Shown here piece after piece: positions 28,810 to 39,845 of a DNA stretch of 64,000 bases. The first letter of the stretch is position 1, and the number at the start of each line of letters is the position of its first letter. The DNA is from Gemmatimonadota bacterium (GTDB lineage Bacteria > Gemmatimonadota > Gemmatimonadetes > Gemmatimonadales > GWC2-71-9): assembly GCA_036679605.1 (NCBI GenBank), contig JAZDCZ010000427.1:1-64000 (forward strand), read 5' to 3'. A program made the position numbers and the translations under genes. The notes under the pieces are model-generated. The model saw only the letters and a program-made list of their open reading frames with translations, ran no database searches and was not told the DNA's origin.

Positions 28810-31800
28810 ATGACGGGCTTCTCTTTCGCGTCCAAGATCGGCGCAATCACGGCGCTATCGCTGCTGGGCTGGAGTAGTGCGATGGCACAGGTCGAGGTTT
28901 CACAGCTCAGCGCGATGAAGGCCCGCAGCATCGGCCCGGCCGGCATGAGCGGACGGATCAGCGCTATCGAGGGTGTGGCCAACAATCCGAACATCATCTA
29001 CGTGGGGGCCGCTACCGGAGGTCTCTGGAAATCGACCACTGGCGGCGTCAAGTGGGAGCCGATCATGGACGATCTACGGACGGCCAGCATCGGTGCAATC
29101 GCGGTGTTTCAGTCTGCTCCGGATATCGTTTGGGTCGGGACCGGCGAGCGCAACAGACGGAACAGCGCAGGCGTTGGCACAGGTATCTACAAGAGCATGG
29201 ACGGCGGGCACACCTGGACACATGCCGGGCTCGATGGAACCGAGGCCGTCGATGCCATCATCCTCCACCCCACCGACCCCAACGTGGCGTACGTGGGAGC
29301 ACTGGGCCCCTCGTGGGGCGACGGGACCGAACGTGGAGTTTTCAAGACCACCGACGGCGGCAAGACGTGGAACAAGATCCTCTACGTCAACGAGTCTACC
29401 GGTGCCGGCGACCTCGTGATGGACCCCTCCAATCCCAACAAGCTCATTGCAGGCATGTGGCAGTTCCGTCGTTGGCCTTGGTTTTTCAAATCCGGCGGTC
29501 CGGGCAGCGGACTCTACATCACACACGATGCCGGCGAGACCTGGAAGCAACTGACACACGAAGACGGACTGCCCGAAGGAGAACTCGGTAGAACCGGCCT
29601 CGCCTTCGCGAGAAACAACTCAGACGTGGTTTACGCTCTGGTCGAGGCTAAGAAGAGCGTGCTGTTACGCTCATCCGACGGCGGCCGTTCTTGGAAGACC
29701 GTGAACAAAACCGACGGTATCGCGCCGCGGCCATTCTACTATGGACAGCTCAGAGTCGATCCGGAAAACGAGAATCGAGTCTACAATGTCGAGTCGGTAA
29801 TCCGTCTGAGTGAAGACGGCGGCAAGACGTTTGAGACTCTGCTTCCGTTCGCCCGCGTTCACGTCGATCACCACGCTTTCTGGATCAATCCCAACGACGG
29901 ACAAACGCTCATTACGGGCAACGACGGCGGCGTCTATATCTCGCGGGATCGCGGACAAGGCTGGCGATTCGTCGAGAACCTACCGCTGGCCCAGTTCTAT
30001 CACATCAACGTAGACATGGATACACCGTTCAACGTCTACGGCGGACTGCAGGACAACGGGTCATGGATGGGGCCGAGTTCGGTGTGGGAGAATGGCGGGA
30101 TCCGCTTCTATCATTGGCGCGAGGTGGCATTCGGTGATGGGTTTGCTACACTGAGCGCGCCGGAGAACCCGCGCTATGCATACGCAATGTCGCAGGGCGG
30201 GAATCTTTCCCGCTACGACAAGAACACCGGCGAGAACAAATCGATCAAGCCCGTGCACCCGGACGGAGTTGCGTTGCGGTTCAACTGGAACGCGGGAATC
30301 GCGATCGATCCGTTCGACAACTCGATCTACTACGGCAGCCAATTCCTCCATAAGTCACCTGATATGGGCGATTCGTGGACAATCATCAGCCCGGACTTGA
30401 CGACCAACGATCCCGAGAAGCAGAAACAGCAGGAGAGCGGAGGTCTCACCTTCGACGTGACCGCGGCAGAGAACTTCACGACCATAATTGCGATCGCGCC
30501 CAGCCCAGTGGAGCGAGGAGTCGTTTGGGTTGGAACCGACGATGGCAATGTGCAGCTGACCCGGGACGGCGGCGGCAATTGGGAGAACGTAGTCGGTCGA
30601 ATCAAGGGTGCGCCCCGGGGAATGTGGGTGCCGCACATCGAAGCATCGAAGTACGAGGGTGGCACCGCGTTTGTGGTCTTCGACGACCACCGTAGGAGCA
30701 ACCGTGAGCCATATGTCTTCAAGACGACCGACTATGGACGCTCGTGGAAGAATCTCGCAACCAGTGCAGTAGAGGGATTCATTCATACCGTCGAACAAGA
30801 TCCGGTGAATCCGAATCTGCTCTATCTGGGTACGGAGTTCGGCATGTACGTCTCGCTGAATGCGGGTGAGGACTGGATGCTCTGGACCCACGGCGTACCG
30901 CGCGTACCGGTCCGCGGTCTCATGGTGCACCCACGCGACCACGATCTGGTTATCGGAACTCACGGACGGGCAGCCTACGTGCTGGACGACGTGAGACCAC
31001 TGCGTGCGTTGGCCTCGAATCCCGAGATTACTCAAGCACCGGTGCATCTGTTTGCGATTCCAAGCGCCATTCAGTATCAGGTCGCGCAGGTGGACGGTAT
31101 GCGATTCCTGGGCGATTCAAAATTCGTGGGTCCGAACAGGCCCTACGGTGCACTGCTTTCCTACTATGTGAATACCGACAAGGACAGCGTCGAGGTCGAG
31201 GTCGAAGTTTCGAATGTGGGCGGCGAAGAGATCAGAACGTTCAAGCGCTGGGCCAAGACCGGACTCAATCGCACCAGTTGGAATCTCCGAGCTGACGCCA
31301 TTCAGAGCAGCGAACCGCCGAGCGGTGGCGGCGGCCCGTTCGGATTCGGCGCAGTAGGACCGTGGGTCTTGGCGGGAACTTACAACGTCACCGTCGCGAT
31401 AGGCGACGACGAATCGTCGCAGCCTGTTGAGGTGAAATTCGACCCCCGCTACAACATCTCGCTGGCCGATCGGCAGGCCAAGATCAGCGCGACAGTGCGG
31501 GCCGGCCAACGAAGGGCCGTCGCAGCCGAGGCAATGACTCGATTGAGAAATGCAAAAAAATCAGTCTCGGATGTGCTGTCGCGACTCGACAAAAAGGACA
31601 GCACTCAGAACCCTCTGCGAGAGTCCGGCGACGAACTGACCAAGAAGCTCGATGAGTTGCTGGAGGAGTTCACAGGACCGCAGAACATCCAGGGAATCGT
31701 TTTCCGGCAGGACATGGTCATGGCAATGATCGGCATCGCGGCCGGGAGTCTCGGATCGTCCTGGGACGCGCCAACCGAGGGCCAGATGCTTCAGTTGGAA

Positions 31801-31965
31801 CAGGCTGAGTCAAGACTCAGCGAAGCACTCGACCAAGTAAACCAGGTATTCCAGCAAGACCTAGCCGATTTCCGCACCGCCGCGGCGGCGATGAACATCG
31901 ACCTCATCAAGGGCCAGGAAGCGTTGTCGATCGATTGGAGGGCCGAGAAGGGTGGCCCTACTTAG
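28810..31965 (+). CDS. Secreted VPS10/sortilin-like beta-propeller protein (BNR repeats)
   Basis: RSIGPAGMSGRI, repeated S/T-x-D-G-G-x-T-W Asp boxes, and GGLQDNGSW. Confidence 0.88.
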   Translation: MTGFSFASKIGAITALSLLGWSSAMAQVEVSQLSAMKARSIGPAGMSGRISAIEGVANNPNIIYVGAATGGLWKSTTGGVKWEPIMDDLRTASIGAIAVFQSAPDIVWVGTGERNRRNSAGVGTGIYKSMDGGHTWTHAGLDGTEAVDAIILHPTDPNVAYVGALGPSWGDGTERGVFKTTDGGKTWNKILYVNESTGAGDLVMDPSNPNKLIAGMWQFRRWPWFFKSGGPGSGLYITHDAGETWKQLTHEDGLPEGELGRTGLAFARNNSDVVYALVEAKKSVLLRSSDGGRSWKTVNKTDGIAPRPFYYGQLRVDPENENRVYNVESVIRLSEDGGKTFETLLPFARVHVDHHAFWINPNDGQTLITGNDGGVYISRDRGQGWRFVENLPLAQFYHINVDMDTPFNVYGGLQDNGSWMGPSSVWENGGIRFYHWREVAFGDGFATLSAPENPRYAYAMSQGGNLSRYDKNTGENKSIKPVHPDGVALRFNWNAGIAIDPFDNSIYYGSQFLHKSPDMGDSWTIISPDLTTNDPEKQKQQESGGLTFDVTAAENFTTIIAIAPSPVERGVVWVGTDDGNVQLTRDGGGNWENVVGRIKGAPRGMWVPHIEASKYEGGTAFVVFDDHRRSNREPYVFKTTDYGRSWKNLATSAVEGFIHTVEQDPVNPNLLYLGTEFGMYVSLNAGEDWMLWTHGVPRVPVRGLMVHPRDHDLVIGTHGRAAYVLDDVRPLRALASNPEITQAPVHLFAIPSAIQYQVAQVDGMRFLGDSKFVGPNRPYGALLSYYVNTDKDSVEVEVEVSNVGGEEIRTFKRWAKTGLNRTSWNLRADAIQSSEPPSGGGGPFGFGAVGPWVLAGTYNVTVAIGDDESSQPVEVKFDPRYNISLADRQAKISATVRAGQRRAVAAEAMTRLRNAKKSVSDVLSRLDKKDSTQNPLRESGDELTKKLDELLEEFTGPQNIQGIVFRQDMVMAMIGIAAGSLGSSWDAPTEGQMLQLEQAESRLSEALDQVNQVFQQDLADFRTAAAAMNIDLIKGQEALSIDWRAEKGGPT

Positions 31966-33214
31966 CTAACCTGACTCCCGCAAACTGCCAGCGCGCATAT
32001 GGCGGGAAGAAGTTGCGATAGGTCGACCGGATGTGGGAGCGGGGCGTAGCGCATGAACCGCCGCGCAGCACCATCTGACCCGACGCGAACTTGGCGTTGT
32101 ACTCGCCCAGTGCGCCCTCCGGCTGTCGGTATCCCGGGTAGCATGAATAGGCGCTCGAAGTCCACTCCCACACATCACCGAACATCTGTGACGAAGTAGC
32201 ACTGGGAGCCGGATGGAAACGTTCCGACTCCACGAAGTTCCCCGTGATCTCGCAATCCTCGGCCACGACTTCCCACTCTGCCTCGGTGGGTAGTCGCGCG
32301 CCGGCCCAGCGAGCGTAAGCATCTGCCTCGTAGTAACTGATGTGGCACATGGGTTCGGTGGCATCCACTGCTTGCAGACCGCTCAATGTATACGTCACCC
32401 ACTCTCTGTCCTGTTCGGTCCAGTAGATCGGTGCTCGCCACCCGTGCTCTCTGACGGTGCTCCACCCGTCGGACAGCCAGAACTCCGGCCGCGTGTACCC
32501 GCCGGCATCGATAAATTCCAAATATTCACCACAGGTGATCGGACGCGAAGCCATCTCGAACGGTTCCAGATATACACGGTGGCGGGGTTGCTCGTTGTCG
32601 TAGGCAAACGTGTCACCTTCGAATCCGATCTCTACGAGTCCGCCCTCATGTTTCAACCAGCTAATGGGCGGGATCGTCGACTCGGGTAGCTGCTTCGCCT
32701 CCCTGTACACAGGGTGCAGTGGGTTGTGAGACAGCAGGTGCTTAAGATCCGTAAGAATGAGTTCTTGGTGTTGTTGCTCGTGATTCAGTCCCATCATGAT
32801 CGTCGTAATCGAAAGAGATCGACGCGATTCTTCGTCCTCCAGCAATGCCAGCATGTGGCGATCCACGTGCTCGCGGTAGCGCATTACCTCCTCGACCGTC
32901 GGACGGGTCAACATCCCTCGCTGGGGCCGAGGAAACTGGTCACCCAACGTGTGGTAGTAGGAGTTGAACAGATATTGGAACGTGTCATCGACCGACTTGT
33001 AGTCGCTGACCAGCCGACGCAACACGAGCGTTTCAAAAAACCAACTCGTGTGCGCAAGGTGCCACCGAGTCGGGCTGGCGTCGGTCATCGATTGCACTAC
33101 GTAGTCCTCGATCGCCAGCGGCTCACAAAGCCGTTCCGTCGCGCTTCGTATCTGTCGGTATTTTTCCGCTAGTTGGGCAACACTGACGTCGGCTACTGTC
33201 TCGGTGCTAGTCAT
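31958..33214 (-). CDS. egtB: Ergothioneine biosynthesis sulfoxide synthase
   Basis: ASPTRWHLAHTSWFFE, HEQQHQELILTD and an FGE-like C-terminus. Adjacent to egtD. Confidence 0.93.
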   Translation of the reverse strand: MTSTETVADVSVAQLAEKYRQIRSATERLCEPLAIEDYVVQSMTDASPTRWHLAHTSWFFETLVLRRLVSDYKSVDDTFQYLFNSYYHTLGDQFPRPQRGMLTRPTVEEVMRYREHVDRHMLALLEDEESRRSLSITTIMMGLNHEQQHQELILTDLKHLLSHNPLHPVYREAKQLPESTIPPISWLKHEGGLVEIGFEGDTFAYDNEQPRHRVYLEPFEMASRPITCGEYLEFIDAGGYTRPEFWLSDGWSTVREHGWRAPIYWTEQDREWVTYTLSGLQAVDATEPMCHISYYEADAYARWAGARLPTEAEWEVVAEDCEITGNFVESERFHPAPSATSSQMFGDVWEWTSSAYSCYPGYRQPEGALGEYNAKFASGQMVLRGGSCATPRSHIRSTYRNFFPPYARWQFAGVRLAK

Positions 33215-34203
33215 TCTGCTTCCCGTTGCAAGAGCAACACTGCAAACATCTCGTTCTCATCAGTATACACCCGCTTAGTGCTGAGTCCGAAGTGCGAGAG
33301 ATACTCGGTCATGTTACTCAGTACGAACTTCCGGCTGATCTCGGTCATCACGGTCTCACCTGCGGGTATGGTAATCGTGTGATCTACGGGAGCTATAAGA
33401 ACATCCTGCCGGGTCAGGAACCGAATGGAAATCTCAATACGTTGCCACTCAGCGTTGTATGTCGCCACATGTTCGATCTGGCCCAGGTCCACATCGGCAC
33501 CAAGCTCGCGGTTGACTCGACGAAACATGTTCCTGGTAAATTCCGCCGTCACTCCGGCGGCATCGTTGTAGGCCGCTTCCAGGACGCTCGGGTCCTTCAC
33601 CAAATCAATTCCTAATAGAAAGAAATCACCTTCGGCAAGGTTTTCCGACACGCGCGTCCAGAAATCGAGTGACTCATCGCGATTTAAATTGCCAATCGTG
33701 CTCCCCAGGAAAACCACCATCGTGGGTGAGTAGTCCCTAAATTTGGGGAAAGCAGACGCGTAAGTCCCCACGATCCCCGAAACCTCAACCTCAGGATGAG
33801 CCTTATCGATCCGCTCCACCGCGTCGCCGAGCGCCGCATGGCTAACATCCACTGGCACGTAGCGGATCGTACCGGCCGCTGCGGTGTACGCTGCAAACAA
33901 GTGTCCGGTCTTCACCGAGCTGCCCGACCCCAGCTCGATCAGCGTCACCGGTCCCGTAACCGACCTTATGTCATGGGCGCAACGATCCAGAATGGAGGCC
34001 TCCGTACGAGTCAGATAGTACTCCGGCTGTTCGCAGATCAGATCGAAGAGGTCGCTGCCCTTGGCATCGTACAGGTAACGGCAGGGGAGCCAGCGCGGCG
34101 TGTCACTCAGTCCGGTGGCAACAGCTCGTGCAAACTCCAGCAGCTCGTCGGAAGGCTCCTCGTAAGCCGTCAATCTCGAGGGGGAAGGATCTGGGGGAAG
34201 CAT
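33211..34203 (-). CDS. egtD: L-histidine N-alpha-trimethyltransferase
   Basis: LYDAKGSDLF..EYYLTRTE, ELGSGSSVKT, FLGSTIGN, AYNDAAGVTAEF and TEISRKF. Confidence 0.93.
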   Translation of the reverse strand: MLPPDPSPSRLTAYEEPSDELLEFARAVATGLSDTPRWLPCRYLYDAKGSDLFDLICEQPEYYLTRTEASILDRCAHDIRSVTGPVTLIELGSGSSVKTGHLFAAYTAAAGTIRYVPVDVSHAALGDAVERIDKAHPEVEVSGIVGTYASAFPKFRDYSPTMVVFLGSTIGNLNRDESLDFWTRVSENLAEGDFFLLGIDLVKDPSVLEAAYNDAAGVTAEFTRNMFRRVNRELGADVDLGQIEHVATYNAEWQRIEISIRFLTRQDVLIAPVDHTITIPAGETVMTEISRKFVLSNMTEYLSHFGLSTKRVYTDENEMFAVLLLQREAE

Positions 34204-34392
34204 GCTATCGCGTAGTCAGTTTGGACGATAATGAGGAATGGTTCCCCTGAAACTAGGAAGTGGTACCAAGGGCTGCAAGTTTGCAACCTTTATAGCTAAG
34301 TATCGCAACTATTTGTTGGTGGGAGGCATCTAAGCTGATGGAGATTGCGAATTCTGCCTCCCCTTGCCGTCTCAGACTGACTTGAGAATTAA

Positions 34393-35676
34393 ATGAACCG
34401 AACCACTGTAGCACAGTGCATAGCGATAGCAGCCCTGAGCCCTATGTTTTCCCCTGGGGTGGAAGCTCAGGCCGAGCCCAGTGACTCATCTCGTACCGAG
34501 ACGTTGAAGGTTTTCCTGGACTGCCAGACCAGGTGCGATTTCGATCACTTCCGGCGCGAGATCACCTTCGTCGACTATATGCGAGACCGCCAGGACGCGC
34601 AGGTACATGTGCTTGTCACGGACCAGGACACCGGCGCCGGCGGACGAGAATTCACCTTCAATTTCATCGGGCTGGGTGAGTTCGAGGACCTGCAGGACAC
34701 CCTAAAGTACGCATCCAGTCCCGTCGATACCGACGAGGAAGAGCGCGAAGGCCAGACGCAGACGCTCAAGATCGGCCTCATGCGTTACGTGGTGGGTACA
34801 CCGATCGCCGACCGGCTTTCGATCAGCTATCAGGCGCCGGCCGGCACGCGGGAGCAACAGACAAGCCCGACAGACGATCCGTGGAACCTCTGGGTGTTCC
34901 GCGCGGGTGTGGGAGGCAATATCAATGGTGAGGAAACCAGCAGGTCTTTCAGAGTTAATGGCTCGTTTCGGGCCAGCCGCGTCACTGAAGACTGGAAATT
35001 CTTGTTTCGCTCCAATGGGAGCTTCAGGGAGAATCGGTTCGATCTCGAGGACGGCAGTGAATTCGTCAGTACGTCGCGCAACTTCAGCTTCTCGCAAACT
35101 CTGGTGCGGAGCCTGGGGGATCATTGGTCAGCCGGCGGCCGTGCCGCCGCCAGCGCGTCGACCTTCGTCAATCAGGATCTGGCAGTTCGGGTGGCGCCGG
35201 CAATCGAGTACGATCTGTATCCCTACAGCGAGTCGACCCGGAGGCAGCTCACGGCTCTATATACTGTGGGCGTGGTCGCATTCGACTTTGAAGAGATAAC
35301 TCTCTTTAACAAGACATCCGAATTTAGACTCGAGCAGCGATTGGAGCTTGCTGCAGAGGTAGTCCAGCCCTGGGGCAGCATAGATGGTTCCCTGATCGGC
35401 ACCAACTTTCTGGACGACTTCGCGCTTCACCGCATCGATTTCTTCACGGGACTCGAAATTCGGATTACGAGAGGTCTCAACTTCAATATTTTCGGCCAGA
35501 TATCACGAATCAAGAACCAAATTTTCCTGTCCGGGGCCGATATCTCAGATCAGGACCGACTGATTCGCCGCCGGCAACTGGGGACCGAGTTTAGATATTT
35601 CCTGAACGTCAACTTCAGCTATACATTTGGGTCGATCTTCAACAACATAGTGAATCCTAGATTCGATAATTTCTAA
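34393..35676 (+). CDS. Secreted / outer-membrane beta-barrel-like hypothetical protein
   Basis: Signal peptide, amphipathic beta strands and C-terminal FGSIFNNIVNPRF. Confidence 0.65.
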   Translation: MNRTTVAQCIAIAALSPMFSPGVEAQAEPSDSSRTETLKVFLDCQTRCDFDHFRREITFVDYMRDRQDAQVHVLVTDQDTGAGGREFTFNFIGLGEFEDLQDTLKYASSPVDTDEEEREGQTQTLKIGLMRYVVGTPIADRLSISYQAPAGTREQQTSPTDDPWNLWVFRAGVGGNINGEETSRSFRVNGSFRASRVTEDWKFLFRSNGSFRENRFDLEDGSEFVSTSRNFSFSQTLVRSLGDHWSAGGRAAASASTFVNQDLAVRVAPAIEYDLYPYSESTRRQLTALYTVGVVAFDFEEITLFNKTSEFRLEQRLELAAEVVQPWGSIDGSLIGTNFLDDFALHRIDFFTGLEIRITRGLNFNIFGQISRIKNQIFLSGADISDQDRLIRRRQLGTEFRYFLNVNFSYTFGSIFNNIVNPRFDNF

Positions 35677-35690
35677 ACAGAGAGAGATAC

Positions 35691-37508
35691 ATGCATTTGG
35701 CCGGCGTACTTACCATCCTAGCGGTCACGGGCACACCGCAGCAGGACGTCCTCGAGTACGAGATATCTTTCGCCAACGCCGTGCACCATGAGGCTGAAAT
35801 ATCGGTCACGTTCCACGACGTAGCGCCCGGGCCACTGGAAACCCGCATGAGCCGGTCATCGCCCGGACGCTACGCTCTGCACGAGTTTGCCAAGAATGTG
35901 TACGGGTTCGAAGCCTTTGACGGAAAAGGCCAGCCACTGGAGGTTACACGACCCGATCCACACCAGTGGGATGTCGCCGGCCACGACGGAACAGTTCGCA
36001 TCACCTATACGCTATTCGCCGACAGATCTGACGGCACGTATTCGGGAATCGACCAAACACACGCTCATCTCAATATGCCGGCGACGTTTCTCTGGGCCCG
36101 CGGCATGGACCATCGACCGATAGCTATCAACTTCACCGTTCCGGACGGCTCAGCTTGGAAGATTGCAACCCAACTACCGCCAACCAACAACCCCAGCGAG
36201 TTCACCGCGCCCGACCTGCAATATTTCATGGACAGCCCCACGGAACTGAGTGATTTCACGCTCCGAACATGGCCCGTCGAGTCAAACGGCCAGCGATACA
36301 CCATACGGATGGCCGTGCACCACGATGGCTCAGAGGCAGACGTTGACAGTTATGTAGAGATGGTGAAGAAGGTCGTGAGGCAGGAGGCTGCGGTTTTCGG
36401 CGAGTACCCGCACTACGACCACGGTACGTACACGTTTATCGCCGACTACCTCCCGTATGTTTCCGGTGACGGCATGGAGCACAGGAACTCAACCATCCTA
36501 GCGAGCACCAGTTCACTCCGTACCAACGCGCGCGGGCTGCTCGGCACTGTCTCGCACGAGTATTTCCATGCCTGGAATATGGAGCGCATTCGGTCCAAAG
36601 GCGTCGAGCCGTTCGACTTCGAACGCGCCAACATGTCGGACGGTCTCTGGTTCGGAGAGGGGTTCACCAGCTACTACACGAGTCTGTTAATACGCCGCGC
36701 CGGCCTCATGTCCGACGCCGACTACGCCCGCAGCATATCGCGCGGTCTAACGACGGTGATCAACTCGCCCGCCCGCAACTTCTTTGGGCCCGCCGAAATG
36801 AGCATGCAAGCACCGTTCGTGGACGCCGCAAGGTCTAACGAACCAACGAATCGGACAAACACCTTCATCTCCTATTACACGTGGGGGTCGGTAGTGGGAT
36901 TGGGATTGGATCTCACACTACGACAGAGATTCGACGTGACGCTCGACGACTATATGAGAGCGGTGTGGCAGAAGCACGGCAAGCCGGGGATCCCGTACAC
37001 GTTAGACAATTTGCAGAAGGTCTTGGCCGAAGTAAGCAGGGACTCTGGTTTTGCCCAGAGTTTTTTCGATCGATATGTTGACCGATCGGACGTCCTCCCG
37101 TACGAGGAACTGCTAGCTCAGGCCGGTTTCCTACTTCGCCAGGTGAACCCGGGCAAGCCGGTTATCGGGTACGCACGACTGCGCGCCGGCGACCATGGGG
37201 TCACAATTGGATCAGGTACCATCATCGGAAGCCCACTTTATGTCGCCGGTCTCGAGCGTGGCGACCGCATCACATCGGTCGACGGTAAGGCCTTGTCGAG
37301 AGTCAAGGATCTTTCTGACATTCTTTCTGGTCACAAGCCGGGAGACAGCGTGGATATCGAGTTCGAGTCCCGCGGCGGCCGTATGCACGAGGCGCTGGTC
37401 TTGCAAGAAGACAACCGCCTCGATGTCGTGACCTATGAAGGGGCTGGATTGGATCTCACCGATGTCATGAGACGGTTTCGGCAAGACTGGTTGGGGCCCA
37501 AGCCGTAG
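35691..37508 (+). CDS. M61 glycyl aminopeptidase with PDZ domain
   Basis: GMEHRNST, SHEYFHAWN, LWFGEGFTSYY and a C-terminal PDZ (AGLERGDRITSVDG). Confidence 0.9.
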   Translation: MHLAGVLTILAVTGTPQQDVLEYEISFANAVHHEAEISVTFHDVAPGPLETRMSRSSPGRYALHEFAKNVYGFEAFDGKGQPLEVTRPDPHQWDVAGHDGTVRITYTLFADRSDGTYSGIDQTHAHLNMPATFLWARGMDHRPIAINFTVPDGSAWKIATQLPPTNNPSEFTAPDLQYFMDSPTELSDFTLRTWPVESNGQRYTIRMAVHHDGSEADVDSYVEMVKKVVRQEAAVFGEYPHYDHGTYTFIADYLPYVSGDGMEHRNSTILASTSSLRTNARGLLGTVSHEYFHAWNMERIRSKGVEPFDFERANMSDGLWFGEGFTSYYTSLLIRRAGLMSDADYARSISRGLTTVINSPARNFFGPAEMSMQAPFVDAARSNEPTNRTNTFISYYTWGSVVGLGLDLTLRQRFDVTLDDYMRAVWQKHGKPGIPYTLDNLQKVLAEVSRDSGFAQSFFDRYVDRSDVLPYEELLAQAGFLLRQVNPGKPVIGYARLRAGDHGVTIGSGTIIGSPLYVAGLERGDRITSVDGKALSRVKDLSDILSGHKPGDSVDIEFESRGGRMHEALVLQEDNRLDVVTYEGAGLDLTDVMRRFRQDWLGPKP

Positions 37509-37592
37509 GGAGCAGCAGAGGTAGGGCGACGGTCGTGCCAAACGAACCACCAGTGTATATCTTGATGGCCCCCACGAATAACGGAGGATCTC

Positions 37593-38201
37593 ATGCGAAG
37601 GCTTGCATTCGCGGCAATGGTGTCGGCTCTCTTGACCACCACACTATCCACCTTGGAAGCACAACACCGATCGGCCGCCGAAGTTATTGCAGCGGCCGTC
37701 AGCCCGCTTCCCAAACCCCTCAGGGATGGGGCAACAGTAATGCAGTTTCACGCGGACGGCACGCTCACTCAGATCCGGAACGGCACTGGCCAGATGATCT
37801 GCCTGAGTGATGATCCGAGGGCAGAAGGATTTCACCCTGCGTGTTACCACCGCGATCTCGAACCGTTCATGGCCCGGGGTCGAGAACTCAGGGCAGAGGG
37901 CAAGAACGGGGACGAATCCCGCGCTATTCGATTCGAGGAGATCAAGGCCGGGAAGCTAGCCATGCCCGAGCGAGCCATGGCCCTCTATTCCCTCACAGGT
38001 CCGGCGGGAAGTTTCAACAGCGAAACAGGCGAGGCGCCAGGGGCACGTGGTCTCCATGTAGTCTACGTTCCCTACTCCACGGAAGAGACGCTTGGTATAT
38101 CGACGGCCCCGGCGCGTTACAGACCGTGGCTCATGCACCCCGGGACGCCTGGCGCGCACATCATGATCTCCATTCCTCCTGCGGCATCTCGGAATAGATA
38201 G
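37593..38201 (+). CDS. Secreted hypothetical protein
   Basis: Signal peptide, GGAGG RBS and PWLMHPGTPGAHIMI. Confidence 0.7.
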   Translation: MRRLAFAAMVSALLTTTLSTLEAQHRSAAEVIAAAVSPLPKPLRDGATVMQFHADGTLTQIRNGTGQMICLSDDPRAEGFHPACYHRDLEPFMARGRELRAEGKNGDESRAIRFEEIKAGKLAMPERAMALYSLTGPAGSFNSETGEAPGARGLHVVYVPYSTEETLGISTAPARYRPWLMHPGTPGAHIMISIPPAASRNR

Positions 38202-38330
38202 GAAAGGCAGTTGCACGGTAACGACGGTGGGCCTGGTGAGCCGCGACTCGGCGTAGGAACCATAGTATTTGCCGTCCCAACGCACCGGCTATATACTCTG
38301 TCCTCACACCGTCAATCGGGAGCCTAACCA

Positions 38331-39626
38331 ATGCTGCGCGTCGTCACGCTGTACACCCTTGGTTTGTTAATCGCATCCCCTCTAGCGGCACAGAGTAGTA
38401 CGAAACTGCGCGAGAGGGTATCCGACCTCTTTAGGTTCGGCAACTGCGATGGCCTGCTATGCCTGGACGGCTCGATAAACGCCGGCACGGGCCATGGCGA
38501 CCACTACCTTCCCGCTTTCGCGTCCGGCAATGCGGCAATCATCTCGTTCATTACGGGTGCTATCGGAAAGAGCGTTTCGAACACGCCGCTGGGTGCTACC
38601 AGCAGCGGCGCCACATTCAGCTTCGTGGGCGGTCTGCCGGTCCGCACATCGACGTCGGCCGGACCGATCTTCGCGGAACGGGCACAAACGCTGGGTCGTG
38701 GCAAGTTCTTCGTGGGAGCCAACGTGTCCGGAGCGCACTTCACGACTCTCAACGGAGTTCCCGCCGACAACCTGTCACTCAACTTTGTGCATGAAGACGT
38801 CGATAACGCCGGCACGCTCGGCGATCCGGAATTCGAGAACGACGTTGTCGAAGTTACGATGGGCCTCGACATAGATGTTCTGGTGAGTTCCCTCTTCATG
38901 ACCTACGGTCTAACCGATTTCATCGACATCGGTGTCGCAGTACCGTTCGTCAGGACCTCGCTCAAGGGAAGCAGCGAAGCGCAGATCTTGCCGTTTGGCT
39001 CTACCGCACTGCATTTTTTTGGGGGGTCGATCGCCAATCCGGTTCTTCGGGCCGCCTCATCGATCGATGCCTCGGCAACCGGGATCGGTGATGTGGCGGG
39101 GCGTATCAAGATCAATCTGGGACAGTCGCCGAAATTTGGCGCTGCGCTGCTGGGTGACATCAGGCTGCCTACCGGCGACGAGGATGACCTACTGGGTGCT
39201 GGAGACGCATCCGGCAGAGCGCTGGCGGTCGTATCGGCTCAGTTCGGCACGTTCTCGCCTCATCTAAATGCAGGATACTTGGTCCGAGCCGCGGACGAGG
39301 AAAACGACGCTGCATTGGCCACGGTGGGGTTTGACAACCTCCTGACGCCCTGGGCAACACTCGCGTTTGACGTTCTCACCGAGTGGCAGATAGGCGACGA
39401 CAAGATCACTTTGCCCGGGCCGATAACGTTTGACACTCCTTTCCCCAGGAAAATACAGTCGACTCCCATCGTGGCGCGGCGTGCGAACGTAGTCAACGCC
39501 TCGGTCGGCATGAAGTTCACGGTCCGCGGAGGAACCGTGTTGGTCACCAACGCGATCTTTCCGCTAACCGAAACCGGCCTTCAGCCGGACGTGGTGTGGA
39601 CGGCAGGGTTGGAATACAACTTTTAG
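38331..39626 (+). CDS. Outer-membrane beta-barrel (transporter-like) protein
   Basis: Signal peptide, GIGDV/LPTG motifs and terminal aromatic LEYNF. Confidence 0.7.
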   Translation: MLRVVTLYTLGLLIASPLAAQSSTKLRERVSDLFRFGNCDGLLCLDGSINAGTGHGDHYLPAFASGNAAIISFITGAIGKSVSNTPLGATSSGATFSFVGGLPVRTSTSAGPIFAERAQTLGRGKFFVGANVSGAHFTTLNGVPADNLSLNFVHEDVDNAGTLGDPEFENDVVEVTMGLDIDVLVSSLFMTYGLTDFIDIGVAVPFVRTSLKGSSEAQILPFGSTALHFFGGSIANPVLRAASSIDASATGIGDVAGRIKINLGQSPKFGAALLGDIRLPTGDEDDLLGAGDASGRALAVVSAQFGTFSPHLNAGYLVRAADEENDAALATVGFDNLLTPWATLAFDVLTEWQIGDDKITLPGPITFDTPFPRKIQSTPIVARRANVVNASVGMKFTVRGGTVLVTNAIFPLTETGLQPDVVWTAGLEYNF

Positions 39627-39845
39627 CGCACTGTCCCAGAGGTTGGTTGCATATCGGCACGCACCCGTGGTTCCCTCCGGGCGCTCCCGGACCGCGGACT
39701 CGACGCCCGCACCGACCGGGTGATCGGCGCTAGGGCGGTGGGCGGCGCCGAGACCGCCGGCCCTAACGCGCCCTTCGTGATCCCGGATGCGTGCCGTCTA
39801 TTTACAGGAACTTCGGGGACGGAACAGTACCGACTAGGGTCAGTA

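Noticed and set aside
31958..34203. egtB/egtD as selenoneine or other novel chemistry
   Set aside because: The motifs are canonical for ergothioneine synthesis and no senB/senC-like neighbours are present.
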